Of a stretch of DNA of 32,000 bases, positions 15,151 to 25,013 are shown one piece after another (within the stretch, counting starts at the first letter, position 1; each line of letters starts with the position of its first letter). Origin of the DNA: an uncultured Opitutales bacterium (lineage in GTDB: Bacteria; Verrucomicrobiota; Verrucomicrobiia; Opitutales; Intestinicryptomonadaceae); NCBI GenBank assembly GCA_934613415.1, contig CAKTSY010000002.1, positions 240,001 to 272,000 of the forward strand, read 5' to 3'. The notes under the pieces are model-generated. The model made no database searches. It worked only from the letters and a program-made list of their open reading frames with translations, and had not been told where the DNA came from. The position numbers and the translations under genes were made by a program.

Positions 15151-15567
15151 CTAAGAATTTTTGTGTTCTTTGGCAAAATCCAGAATCTTTTCGATTAGTT
15201 TAGACAGTCCGTTGCGTCTGTTTGTGCTAAGTTGCGAGCTAATTCCCGCCTTTTCGAACACCGATTCGTCTGCCGAAAGTATTTCTTCGGGGCTAAGGTT
15301 GTCGAAAAATTCGCAAACTAAGTTTGCAACGCCCTTGGTTATTATAGAGTCGGCCGCCGACTGAAAGCGGCACTTACCGTTTTCGAATTTGCGCGAAATC
15401 CATAGGTTTGAAACGCAGCCTTTAACTATGTTTTCGTCGGTGCAAATTTCCTTTGGTGGCTGAATGTGTTTATATTTGCCGATTATATATTCGAACCTGT
15501 CTTGGGCGGTGTCGAAACATTGCATTTCGTCGAGCAGGGCCTTGGTTCTTTCTTCTATTATGCTCAT
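15151..15567 (-). CDS. sufE: SufE-like cysteine desulfuration (sulfur acceptor) protein
   Basis: The motif VKGCVSNLWI matches the SufE active-site Cys loop. Length is 138 aa. The ATG lies 2 nt after the lpxI stop. Confidence 0.8.
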   Translation of the reverse strand: MSIIEERTKALLDEMQCFDTAQDRFEYIIGKYKHIQPPKEICTDENIVKGCVSNLWISRKFENGKCRFQSAADSIITKGVANLVCEFFDNLSPEEILSADESVFEKAGISSQLSTNRRNGLSKLIEKILDFAKEHKNS

Positions 15568-15569
15568 TT

Positions 15570-16412
15570 TTATATTCCGAAAATTTTTATGTTAAGAGAG
15601 TTTGCATATTGCAAAAGGCTTTCCTTGTTAAGCATAAGCACTTTTTCGCTTTCTACGGCAACGTTTTGTATGCCGGCTTCGCTTAGCTTTAAAAGGGTTC
15701 TTTCGCCTATAACGGGAACGTCGAACCTGTAGTCTTGGTTTGCCTTTACGGTTTTAAGAAAAAGCGTTTCCTTTGCCTTAAATTGCGCGCAGCGTTCTAT
15801 CATATTATCCGTGCCGTCGAAGCCTTCCACCGCAAGGGTTGTTCCGTTTGCGACAACGCATGCCTGCCCAATGTTAAGTCGCGCACATTCGCGCACAATT
15901 TTAAGTCCGTGCTCGAATGTGTTTTGGCTTATATTCCACTTTTTGCAGTTCATAAAGCCGCTTGTTGCTAAATCGTTGTCCATAAACGAGCGTGCATCTA
16001 CCAGCTCTACGCCGATTTTCGAAAGCTCTTTTGCTATTGCCCCGAAAATGCTTTCGGCGTTTTTTTCCTTTAATGTTGCCAAAATAAGCATCGCCTTTAA
16101 GTCGGGCTTAAGGCCGTCGAACAGGCGTTTGGGGCGCACTTGCCCAGCCATAATCGCGTGGGGCGACTGGAATTTTTTTGCGCTTTTAAGCAAGGCCCCA
16201 AGTTGGCCTATGTTTATTTTAATCCTTTCGCTTTCGGCAAACGAGTTGAACAAGTCGGCTTCGGTCTCGTCTTCGAGGGCTATTAGGTTTATTTTTACGC
16301 CCGTTTGCCTTGCGTTTTTTGCCACAATTTTTGGATATAAGCCCCTGCCCGCAATAAGGGTAATTCCTTTTTGCGCGTCGAACGATTCTGGCAGGAATTT
16401 TGATATGCTCAT
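15570..16412 (-). CDS. lpxI: UDP-2,3-diacylglucosamine diphosphatase LpxI (DUF1009)
   Basis: Motifs seen are LIAGRGLYP, and GQACVVANGTTLAVEGFDGTDNMIERC, which matches the LpxI C-terminal domain signature. Length is 280 aa. It overlaps the upstream gene in an ATGA at 16409-16412. Confidence 0.8.
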   Translation of the reverse strand: MSISKFLPESFDAQKGITLIAGRGLYPKIVAKNARQTGVKINLIALEDETEADLFNSFAESERIKINIGQLGALLKSAKKFQSPHAIMAGQVRPKRLFDGLKPDLKAMLILATLKEKNAESIFGAIAKELSKIGVELVDARSFMDNDLATSGFMNCKKWNISQNTFEHGLKIVRECARLNIGQACVVANGTTLAVEGFDGTDNMIERCAQFKAKETLFLKTVKANQDYRFDVPVIGERTLLKLSEAGIQNVAVESEKVLMLNKESLLQYANSLNIKIFGI

Positions 16413-17158
16413 TTCGAATAGCGGGTGTGCTTGGGTTTGTCGCCAAGCAGTGTTTTGGGCAAAATTCTTTCGGGGCTTAGCTTGCCGTTGTTGGAAGTTA
16501 TAATAACGGTGTCGAACGCCGTTTTTAAGTCGGCAAAGGGCTTTTCGCCGCCCAAGATAAGCGGCCTAGACACGGCGTTTACGCCGCCGCTTTTTGCGGG
16601 CTTTACCGACCAGGTTTCGCCGCCCGCCAAAAGCTTTTCGAATGTCTTATTGCGAAGCAGCCTTGCGCTTTGGTCTAGCAACGAAACTTTGTCTTCGTTT
16701 TCGCCAATGCTGAATATTGCGCTTTGAGACCTTAAGTCGTACTCGCCATGCGGAGTTTTTACAATAAATTCCGACGAGGGCCTAAGCTGCGGGTTAAGGA
16801 AAAACACGGTTCCGCTTTCTATGCTAATTTCGGTTAGCGTTTTTTGCGATTCGTATGCAGTGTTTTTGTCGAAAACAACGGGGCTTTCCTGCCAAAACTT
16901 TTCTATTTTAAGTTTTGCCGGCCCTGCAACCTTTATACTGCTTTTGTTTGAAAGCACAATGTATGCGCTTTGGTTGTCTTTGCATTCAACAACAAAGCCC
17001 TCGGCCTTTTCGAACGCGTTTGCCGAAAAGTTTTTGCCGTTTTTGGTAATGGCTGGGTTGTTCCTTGCCGTGTGTATAAAAAGCATTGCGCTGTCGGCTT
17101 CGGCAAAAGCCGCAGTAGCCGCAAACAACGCAAACAATGTAGCCAAAAGGGCTTTCAT
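16409..17158 (-). CDS. Secreted hypothetical protein, FecR-domain-like beta-rich
   Basis: The signal peptide is MKALLATLFALFAATAAFA-EA. The central pattern SAYIVLSNKSSIKVAGPAKLKI...ISIESGTVFFL...FIVKTPHGEYDLRSQSAIFSI resembles FecR (PF04773) strand periodicity. This is a weak call made by eye. Its start overlaps the leuS stop by 1 nt. Confidence 0.55.
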   Translation of the reverse strand: MKALLATLFALFAATAAFAEADSAMLFIHTARNNPAITKNGKNFSANAFEKAEGFVVECKDNQSAYIVLSNKSSIKVAGPAKLKIEKFWQESPVVFDKNTAYESQKTLTEISIESGTVFFLNPQLRPSSEFIVKTPHGEYDLRSQSAIFSIGENEDKVSLLDQSARLLRNKTFEKLLAGGETWSVKPAKSGGVNAVSRPLILGGEKPFADLKTAFDTVIITSNNGKLSPERILPKTLLGDKPKHTRYSK

Positions 17159-19899
17159 TATTTTACAACCAAGCTTACAATGCGGTTTGGAACGTATATT
17201 TCCTTAACCAGTGTTTTGCCGGCAAGCTGAGCCGCAACTTTGTCGATTGCCTTTGCCTTGGCAATTATGTCTTGCGGGGTGTCTTGCGGCGAAACTAAAA
17301 CGTCGCCCCTAAGCTTGCCGTTTACCTGCACGCCTATGCGCTTTTCGGCTTGGGCTGCTGCGTTCATATCGGCAACCGGCCATTTTTGCTCGGCTATAGA
17401 CGAAGTATTGCCGAACCTCTGCCAAATTTCCTCGCAAATATGCGGCGCAAAGGGCGCCAAAATCTGCAGGAATTTTACCGCCAAATCCTTCGAGATTTTT
17501 TCGCATTTTTGAACGTGCGAAAGGAAAATCATCATCTGCGAAATTGCGGTGTTAAAGCGCAGGTTTTCTATGTCGGCGCCAACCTTTTGGATTGTTTGGT
17601 TTGCAAGCCTTAAAGTTTCGGGCGAATCCTTAAAGTTTTCGCAAATCTTGGGGGCAATTTTGCCGTCGCGGTCTATGTATTCTCTCCAAAACTTTTTAAG
17701 GAAGCGCGAAACGCCCTCTATGCCGCTTGTGCTCCAGGGCTTTTGGTCTTCGAGGGGGCCCAGGAACATTTCGTACATTCTAAGGCTGTCGGCGCCATAT
17801 TGGGCAATTACGTCGTCGGGGTTTATAACGTTGCCGCGGCTTTTGCTCATTTTATACGAGCGCGCCTCTACAACAATTTCGGGGTTGCTTTTAAGCACAA
17901 AGTTTGTGCCGCTTTTTACAACGTCTTTTTCGTCTACGCTTTCGCCTTCGGCGTCTTTGGCGTCTTCGCTTAATGCCGAAACATATTTACCGTTTTTCTT
18001 AAACGCCTTGTATTCGGTTTTGCCCAAAATTATGCCTTGGTGGAACAGCCTTTTAAAGGGTTCTTTTGTAGACACAATTTTGCAATCGTACAAAACCTTG
18101 TGCCAGAATCTTGCATAGAGCAAGTGCAGTACAGCGTGTTCGGCACCGCCAATGTAAAAGTCGGGGCCCTGCCAATATTTTTCTATTTCGGGGTCGAAGG
18201 GGGCTTTGTCGTTTTTGTTGTCTAAATAGCGCAGGTAGTACCAGCACGAGCCCGCCCATTGGGGCATTGTGTTGGTTTCGCGCACGGCTTTAAACCACAT
18301 TTCGCCTTCGGGCTTGCCCGCGCTTTGGGGCACGCTTTCGCCCGTTTGAACATTGTAGTAAATGTCTTTCCATTCGGGGCAGTTTGCCAATGCGCTCTCG
18401 CCGTTGCCTGCTCCCTGATAGTTTGTAACTTCGGGCAGTTTAAGCGGCAGCTGGCTGTCTGCCAAAGGCAGTGCAAAATGCTTTACGCCGTTTAAAGTGA
18501 ACGAAACTTCGCTTTCGGGCATATTTTTAAATACGTCGCCCTTTGCCTGTATTGCCTTTTGGTAGGCGTCTTGCTCTACCCAAACAATGGGGAAGGGTTC
18601 GCCCCAATAGCGTTGCCTTGAAAACAGCCAGTCTCTAAGCTTGTAGTTTACGGAAAGCTTGCCTACTTTCTTTTCTTCTAAAAAGGCTATGATTTTCTTT
18701 TTAACGTCGGCACTGTCTTGCCCTGTAAATTCGCCCGAATTTACCATTTTGCCCACGGCGGTAAATGGCAGCGGAACGTCGTTGCCGTTTTCGTCTTTCT
18801 TTTCTATTACCTTAATTATGGGCAGTTTGAATTTTTGGGCAAATTCCCAGTCTCTTTCGTCGTGGGCGGGAACTGCCATAATTGCGCCCGTGCCGTAGCT
18901 CATAAGAACATAGTCGGAAACCCATACGGGTATCTTTGCCCCCGTTAGCGGGTTTGTGGCAAATGTTCCTGTAAATACGCCCGTTTTGTCTTTTGCCAAG
19001 TCGGTTCTGTCTAAGTCGCTCTTCGAGGCGGTTTTCTTTAAATACGCCTCCATTTCGGCCTTGTGCTCTGCACTTGTAATTTTAGATACAAGAGGGTGTT
19101 CGGGCGCAATTACCATATAGGTTGCTCCATACAAAGTATCGGGGCGCGTTGTAAACACGGTTAGCGTTTCGCCGAAATCTTCAAGTTTAAAGTCTACCCT
19201 TGCGCCCTCCGAGCGGCCAATCCAGTTCTTCTGCAATTTTTTTGTAGAGTCGGGCCAGTCTACCAAATCCAAGTCTTTTAAAAGCTTGTCGGCGTAGGCT
19301 GTAATTTTTAGCACCCATTGGCGCAAATTGCGCTTTTCTACGGGGAAATGCCCAACTTCGCTCTTGCCGTCTATAACCTCTTCGTTGGCCAAAACCGTTC
19401 CAAGCTTCGGGCACCACCAAACGGGTTTTTCGTCTACATAGGCCAAGCCCATTTTAAAGAGGCGCAAAAATATCCACTGTGTCCATCTAAAATAGTTTGG
19501 GTCGGTAGTGTTAATTTCCCTGTCCCAGTCTATGGCAAAGCCTATGCTTTTTATCTGTTTGCGGAAATTGTCTACGTTCTTTTTTGTTGTTATTGCGGGG
19601 TGCGTTCCCGTTTTTATTGCGTATTGCTCGGCGGGCAAACCAAATGCGTCCCAGCCCATGGGGTGCAAAACGTTAAAGCCGTTTGCCTTTTTGTAGCGGG
19701 CAAGAATGTCGGAGGCGGTATAGCCTTCGGGGTGGCCTATGTGCAGACCCGCGCCCGAGGGGTAGGGGAACATGTCCAATATGTAATATTTCGGCTTGTC
19801 CGAAAAGTTTTCGGCTTTGAAAGTTTTGTTCTTTTCCCAAAGCTCTTGTTGGTGTTTTTCGATTTTCGAAAAATCGTATTCGGTTGTATTTACAGACAT
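17158..19899 (-). CDS. leuS: Leucine--tRNA ligase
   Basis: The HIGH motif is PYPSGAGLHIGHPEGY and the KMSKS motif is YKMSKSRGN. A bacterial-type CP1 editing domain is present. Length is 913 aa. Confidence 0.95.
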   Translation of the reverse strand: MSVNTTEYDFSKIEKHQQELWEKNKTFKAENFSDKPKYYILDMFPYPSGAGLHIGHPEGYTASDILARYKKANGFNVLHPMGWDAFGLPAEQYAIKTGTHPAITTKKNVDNFRKQIKSIGFAIDWDREINTTDPNYFRWTQWIFLRLFKMGLAYVDEKPVWWCPKLGTVLANEEVIDGKSEVGHFPVEKRNLRQWVLKITAYADKLLKDLDLVDWPDSTKKLQKNWIGRSEGARVDFKLEDFGETLTVFTTRPDTLYGATYMVIAPEHPLVSKITSAEHKAEMEAYLKKTASKSDLDRTDLAKDKTGVFTGTFATNPLTGAKIPVWVSDYVLMSYGTGAIMAVPAHDERDWEFAQKFKLPIIKVIEKKDENGNDVPLPFTAVGKMVNSGEFTGQDSADVKKKIIAFLEEKKVGKLSVNYKLRDWLFSRQRYWGEPFPIVWVEQDAYQKAIQAKGDVFKNMPESEVSFTLNGVKHFALPLADSQLPLKLPEVTNYQGAGNGESALANCPEWKDIYYNVQTGESVPQSAGKPEGEMWFKAVRETNTMPQWAGSCWYYLRYLDNKNDKAPFDPEIEKYWQGPDFYIGGAEHAVLHLLYARFWHKVLYDCKIVSTKEPFKRLFHQGIILGKTEYKAFKKNGKYVSALSEDAKDAEGESVDEKDVVKSGTNFVLKSNPEIVVEARSYKMSKSRGNVINPDDVIAQYGADSLRMYEMFLGPLEDQKPWSTSGIEGVSRFLKKFWREYIDRDGKIAPKICENFKDSPETLRLANQTIQKVGADIENLRFNTAISQMMIFLSHVQKCEKISKDLAVKFLQILAPFAPHICEEIWQRFGNTSSIAEQKWPVADMNAAAQAEKRIGVQVNGKLRGDVLVSPQDTPQDIIAKAKAIDKVAAQLAGKTLVKEIYVPNRIVSLVVK

Positions 19900-19920
19900 A
19901 TAATGCTTGTGTTTTTAAAG

Positions 19921-20589
19921 TTATCGGTTGTCGCGCATCGAAACGAGGTACAGCAGCCAGCCCAAGCTGGAAACGAATGCTGCTACATAGGTAAAGGCGG
20001 CGGCGTCTAAAGTTTTGCGTACTCCTACTTTTTCTTCGCCGCTAATTGCACCAAGTTCGGCAAGATAGGCCTTTGCCCTGTTCGAGGCGTCGAATTCTAC
20101 GGGTAAAGTTACCAGCTGGAACACCGTTAAAATTAGGTATATTGCAATGCCGATGTCTAACGCCAAAATGCTGTTGAACAAAAAGAACCCTGCAAACATA
20201 ACAACCGGTAAAAGCTGGCTTGCAAACATTGTTATGGGAACTAGTGCCATTCTAAGCTTTAAGGGTGCGTAGTTTTGCTTGTGCTGAATTGCGTGCCCCG
20301 CTTCGTGGGCGGCAACGCCAAGGGCTGCAAGGCTGTGGCCTGCGTAGACTTCGCGGCTAAGGGCAAGCACTTTTTTTGTAGGGTCGTAGTGGTCGGTAAG
20401 CTCGCCCGAAATTTGCACAATTTGCACGTCGTAAATGCCCGCGCTTTGCATTACAATTTCGGCGGCCTCCTTGCCGGTAATTCCGCTTTTGGCGGGGATT
20501 TGGCGGTATTTGCCGTATGCGCTTTGCACCCTAATTTGGGCATACATACCCACAATTAGGGGAATCAAAATAAGTACCAAAAATTCCAT
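19921..20589 (-). CDS. Membrane zinc metallopeptidase, YugP / Zn_peptidase_2 family
   Basis: It has an N-terminal TM helix, HEAGHAIQH (HExxH), and C-terminal TM helices. Length is 222 aa. Confidence 0.85.
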   Translation of the reverse strand: MEFLVLILIPLIVGMYAQIRVQSAYGKYRQIPAKSGITGKEAAEIVMQSAGIYDVQIVQISGELTDHYDPTKKVLALSREVYAGHSLAALGVAAHEAGHAIQHKQNYAPLKLRMALVPITMFASQLLPVVMFAGFFLFNSILALDIGIAIYLILTVFQLVTLPVEFDASNRAKAYLAELGAISGEEKVGVRKTLDAAAFTYVAAFVSSLGWLLYLVSMRDNR

Positions 20590-20616
20590 ATAAAAAAGTG
20601 TGGTTATAAGTTAATT

Positions 20617-21939
20617 TTAATCGAAACCTTCGTCGTGGCCGTCGGGCGTGCGGTAGCGCATTTTTACATAATGCTTGTCTACATCGCCCTGATAAACCTG
20701 ACGGGGCCTGTTGATTTTGCCTTTCGGGTCTTCGGCAACTTCCTTCCAGTGCGAAATCCACCCGGGCATTCTGCCTATGGCGAATAGCACTGTAAACATA
20801 TCGGTGGGTATGCCAATTGCCTTTAATATAAGGCCGCTGTAAAAGTCTACGTTCGGATACAAGTTTCGGCTTATAAAATAGTCGTCCGAACGCGCCTTTT
20901 CTTCCAGCTTGCGCGCCAAGTTTAACAATGGGTCGTTCTTCTTTACTGCGGCAAAAACCTTTTCGGAGGCTTTGCTTAGTATATTAGCGCGCGGGTCGTA
21001 GGCTTTGTATACCCTGTGCCCAAAGCCCATAAGGCGGCGTTTGCCGCTTTTTGCGGTTTCCAAAAAGGCGTCTACATCGCCACCCGTAGCGTAGATTTCT
21101 TCGAGCATTTTAATTACCTGCTGGTTTGCGCCGCCGTGCAATGGACCCCACAGTGCGCAAACGCCCGCCGCAATAGAAGCAAACAAATTTGCGCCGCTGC
21201 TGGCTACCATTCTTACGGTAGAAGTCGAGCAGTTTTGTTCGTGGTCGCAGTGCAAAAGCAATATAAGGTCTAGTGCTTTTGTAATGTCGTCGTGCGGGTA
21301 ATATTCGTGATAAGGTTCCGTAAACATCATATGCAACAGGTTTTGCCCGTAGCCTAAATCTTGTTTAGGGTATATAAGGGGCAAGCCGTTTTTCATACGA
21401 TACGTCATAGCTGCAATGGTTCTTACCTTGCTAATCAAAATTGTGGCCGCATCGTCGAAATATTCCAAGTCTTGCTCGCGGTTGTTTGTTGCCATAAAAG
21501 GATAGTAGCAACCCAGCGAGTTAAGTAGCGCCGACAATATTGCCATTGGGTGTGCCGTAGACGGGAATCCGCCCTGAAAGAAGTGTATCATAGACTCGTG
21601 CAACGAGGCATTGCGCAACACCTTGTGCGAGAACGAACTCATTTCCTGCCTTGTGGGCAGTTTGCCGTATATAACCAAATAGGCCGTTTCTATGAAGGTA
21701 GAATTTTCGGCAAGTTCCTCTATGGAGATTCCGCGGTGTGCCAAAAAACCTTTTTCGCCGTTTATGTAGGTTATTTTGCTTTCGCAAGATGCCGTGTTGC
21801 CGTAGCCTGGGTCTAGGGTAATGTAGCCCGTTTCGGCTCTCAGTTTTCTGATGTCTATGGCGTTGTCGCCCGCCGTTGCCTTAACAATGGGCAGCGTGTG
21901 CTCTTTTCCGTCTATTATAAGCTTGGCTGAATTATCCAT
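20617..21939 (-). CDS. gltA: Citrate synthase (type II)
   Basis: Motifs seen are [10 protein letters not shown] and the [14 protein letters not shown] signature. The track start at 21963 is TTG and overlaps hisH. I prefer ATG at 21939 (MDNSAKL), 4 nt after the hisH stop. Confidence 0.9.
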
Positions 21940-21943
21940 AAAA

Positions 21944-22576
21944 TTATTTGTTGTCGTTAGCAAATTTAAGAAAGTTTGAATATAAAAGAAGCCCCTTCGA
22001 TTGGCTCTTTTCGGGGTGGAATTGGCACGCGCACAACTTCGACTTTAAAACCGCCGAAGTAAATGTTTTGCCACCGTATTCGGTTTGCCCGAAAACTATT
22101 TCGCTTTGCGGAGTGTCTACATAGTAGCTGTGCACAAAGTAGAACTGGTCGTTCTTTGGGTCTATGCCGTTTAAAATTGGGCTTGGCTTTACAAAGTTTA
22201 CATTGTTCCAGCCCATATGCGGAACTTTATATTGTTTTTCGAGCCTAAGCTTTTTTACCGAGCCTTTAAAAATGCCGAGACACTCGCAGTCGCCCTCTTC
22301 GGAATATTCGAACAGTGCCTGAAGCCCAAGGCAAATCCCGAAAAACGGCTTGTCGGCTGCAACCCAGTCGCGTATTGCCGAAGCCCAGCCTGTAGAATTT
22401 AAAAGCTTAATTGCCTCTGTAATTGCGCCTTGGCCTGGGAACACAAGCAAGTCGGCATCTTTGCACTCGACGGGGTTTTGCGCAATAAACGCATCTGCCC
22501 CCGCCGCCTGCCAAGCGCGCCAAACGCTGCGCAGGTTGCCCATAGAATAGTCTATAATTGCAGCTTTTATTGCCAT
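21944..22576 (-). CDS. hisH: Imidazole glycerol phosphate synthase, glutamine amidotransferase subunit
   Basis: From Met 22576 the protein reads [18 protein letters not shown]. The Cys nucleophile is in GICLGLQ, and the FHPEKS triad motif is present. The track ORF extends upstream through hisB out of frame. Confidence 0.9.
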
Positions 22577-22577
22577 A

Positions 22578-23168
22578 TTACAAACTGCCCTTCGTTGTGG
22601 GAAGCCTGTCGCCCCTGCGGGGGTTCTTTTCGCAGGCAATGCACAGTGCTTTTGCAAAGCCCTTAAATATTGCTTCGCAAATGTGGTGGGGTTCTTCGCC
22701 ATATTCCAGCTTTATGTGCAAGTTTGCACCAGCTTCGTTTGCAAATGCCTGAAAGAACTCTTTGCAAAGGCTTACGTTAAAGTCTCTTACTCTTTTGGCG
22801 TCGGAGGCGTTTACGTTGTATACCAAATAGGGGCGGTTCGACAAGTCTATGGCAACCGTTACCAAACATTCGTCCATAGGTAGCGTAAAAAATCCGTAGC
22901 GGTTAATGCCGGCCTTGTCGGCCAATGCCTCTTTTACGGCCTTGCCCAAAACAAGCCCCATGTCTTCTACCGTGTGGTGGTAGTCTACATCGGTGTCGCC
23001 CGTAGCTGCTATGTTTAGGTCGAAAAGCCCGTGGCGCGAAAACAATTCCAGCATATGGTTAAAGAATGGAATTGGCGTTTTTACATTGTAGTCGCCGTTG
23101 CCGTCGAGGTTTATCGAAAGCTTAATTTGGGTTTCCTTTGTGTTTCTTTCAATAGTGGCTGTTCTCAT
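22578..23168 (-). CDS. hisB: Imidazoleglycerol-phosphate dehydratase
   Basis: Motifs seen are [29 protein letters not shown] and [14 protein letters not shown] at 23168 forms an ATGA overlap with the hisC stop. ATG at 23180 is an alternative start. Confidence 0.9.
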
Positions 23169-24265
23169 TTTTTTAACCATTTAAGTATTGTGTTTTGCAC
23201 GGCCTGCATATCCGAATCGGTGCCTATGCTTATTCTTAAAAATCTGTTTATTGCTTTATCTGAGGCAAAATAGCGCACCAGAATTTTGTTGTCTTTTAAA
23301 AAGTCCAAAAGCTCTTTTGCAACTTTTGGCGAACTTTTGCCCTTTGCGTTTTTGGGGGCTACAAACACAAAGTTTGTGTTCGAATCGAACAATTCCCAGC
23401 CCAACTTTTTAAGGAAAGCCGAAAACGATTTGCGCGTTGCCTTTATTTTTGCGACCAAATTTTTGTAGTAGGCTTTGTCGTTTAGGGCGGCAATTGCCGC
23501 AACCTGGGCAAGGGCGTCGAGATTGTACGAATCTCTTACCTTGTCTAGCTCGGTTATAATTTCCCTAGAAGCCACCGCCCAGCCTACGCGCATTCCCGCC
23601 AACGCCCAGCATTTAGACGCCGTACAGCAAATTGCAGTGTTCTTGTATTTCTTTACAAGCTTTGCGCTTTCGTATTTCGAGAAGGGTTCGTAGGCTTCGT
23701 CGATAAGCAAAATGCCCCTGAATTTTTTTGCGAGGGCTTCCACCTGTTTGAACGGGAATTGGTGCGAAGTAGGGGCGTTTGGGTTTGTTAGGAAAAACAG
23801 GTTTGCGCCGCTTTTTACGATTTTGTCTACGGGCAGGTCTTTTGAGTTCGGGTTAAAATCTATGTCGATATAATCGGCATTCTGGATTTTCGCCAAAACG
23901 GGGTAAAGCGAGTAGCTTGGGTGCAATGCTGCAATCTTAAGCTTTTTGTCGGAAAATGCGCGCACAAAAAGGTTTAAAACGTCGTCGGAACCGTTGCCGG
24001 CAAACGCGTTTTCGGGCTTTACGCCGTAGCGTTTTGCCACGGTTTGCCTTAGCAGTTTGCTTTCGGGGTCGGGATACAATCTAAGGCACGAGCCGTCGCC
24101 CAGCTTCTTTAAAATTGCCTCTTTCACCTTCGGGCTTGGCGGGTAGGGCGACTCGTTTGTATTAAGCTTAATCCAGCCGCCGCCCTGCGGTTGTTCGCCG
24201 GGGGTATACGCCGCCATCTTTGATACGCTGGCCGAAATTTTGTTTTTAAGATTAAAGTTTTTCAT
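23165..24265 (-). CDS. hisC: Histidinol-phosphate aminotransferase
   Basis: Motifs seen are [13 protein letters not shown] and [13 protein letters not shown], which is the PLP-Lys context. Length is 366 aa. Confidence 0.9.
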
Positions 24266-25010
24266 CGGCTTTTTTAATTATGTCGAAAATATCGTCTATG
24301 GGTTTTGCCCTTGAATTGTTGTCTAGCCTTTTGAAATATTCGTCTTCCTTGCGCTGAATGTCGAAGGGTTCGTCGGGAAGAGTGTCTTCGTCGAGCTCTA
24401 TTTCGTCTATGGGGTCGTAGTCGTCGAAGGCAAATGTCAGCCTTCTGGCTTCGTCAATCAAAAGAACGTCGGGCATTTTGCAAAGACCGTTTTTGTTCAG
24501 TGTAAAAACTTCGTGCGGCAGGCACAGCTTTTTGTAGCGTTTCTTAAGCTTTTCTACCTCCGAATTTTTTGCCTCAAAAGTTTTGTCGAGCAAAACGCAG
24601 TCGCTAAAATGCGAAACGGCGTCGAAATAGTTTTCGCAAAGTTTCGGGTTTTCGGTGTAAAGTTTGCAGTCTACAAAGCCGAATATGCGCACAACGCGCA
24701 CTGTTTTGTTGTCGTTTAAATTTTTGTAAAATTCAAGCTCGTCGGCAAGGTTGCAAAGCGGGTTTGCAATAACAAGCGCGCAGTCGGCATTTTGGTTTTC
24801 AATCAAAAAGTCTTGAACGCTTTCGTGCGTATCGTAGCGGAAAATTTCGGCGTTAGTGCCCGCAAAAAGGCTTTCGTCGAAAAGGTCGTCTTTGGCGGCA
24901 AGCACCAAAACTTTTGCGCTTTCGGGTAGCGAATTTTTTACGCATTCTGCCGCCACCGAAGCTCTGGACTTTTCGGGCGAACCTATGAAAATGTATGTGT
25001 TTACCGCCAT
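24252..25010 (-). CDS. Hypothetical protein, degenerate CobW/G3E-GTPase-like layout with an acidic C-terminus
   Basis: Length is 252 aa with an ATG start 3 nt after the aroC stop, and the 3' end overlaps hisC by 14 nt. Segment order mimics the CobW N-domain:
- YIFIGSPEKSRAS in the P-loop position, but not GxxxxGK[ST].
- CALVIANPLCNLADE.
- VRVVRIFGFVDC.
- SDCVLLDKTF.

The tail DDYDPIDEIELDEDTLPDEPFD is strongly acidic. Confidence 0.6.
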   Translation of the reverse strand: MAVNTYIFIGSPEKSRASVAAECVKNSLPESAKVLVLAAKDDLFDESLFAGTNAEIFRYDTHESVQDFLIENQNADCALVIANPLCNLADELEFYKNLNDNKTVRVVRIFGFVDCKLYTENPKLCENYFDAVSHFSDCVLLDKTFEAKNSEVEKLKKRYKKLCLPHEVFTLNKNGLCKMPDVLLIDEARRLTFAFDDYDPIDEIELDEDTLPDEPFDIQRKEDEYFKRLDNNSRAKPIDDIFDIIKKADEKL

Positions 25011-25013
25011 GGT

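Noticed and set aside
15811-16503. A 230-aa plus-strand ORF antisense to lpxI.
   Set aside because: It lies entirely inside a minus-strand gene that has strong family motifs. The translation is low-complexity (S/F/A/L-rich) with no recognisable motif. This is a typical shadow ORF produced by the codon bias of the real gene.
19318-20010. A 230-aa plus-strand ORF antisense to the leuS 5' region and the yugP-like 3' end.
   Set aside because: It spans two real genes and their intergenic gap, and it starts at a non-canonical position. The translation is Gly/Val/Phe-rich noise, whereas leuS on the other strand is unambiguous.
22577-22702. An N-terminal extension of the hisH ORF into hisB. Similar TTG-start extensions occur in mazG (8216), rsmA (8258), CPBP (4862), gltA (21963), aroC (26138) and truA (29177).
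   Set aside because: In each case the extension begins at TTG and overlaps the upstream gene or adds non-conserved residues. An in-frame ATG reproduces the canonical family N-terminus and abuts the upstream stop.
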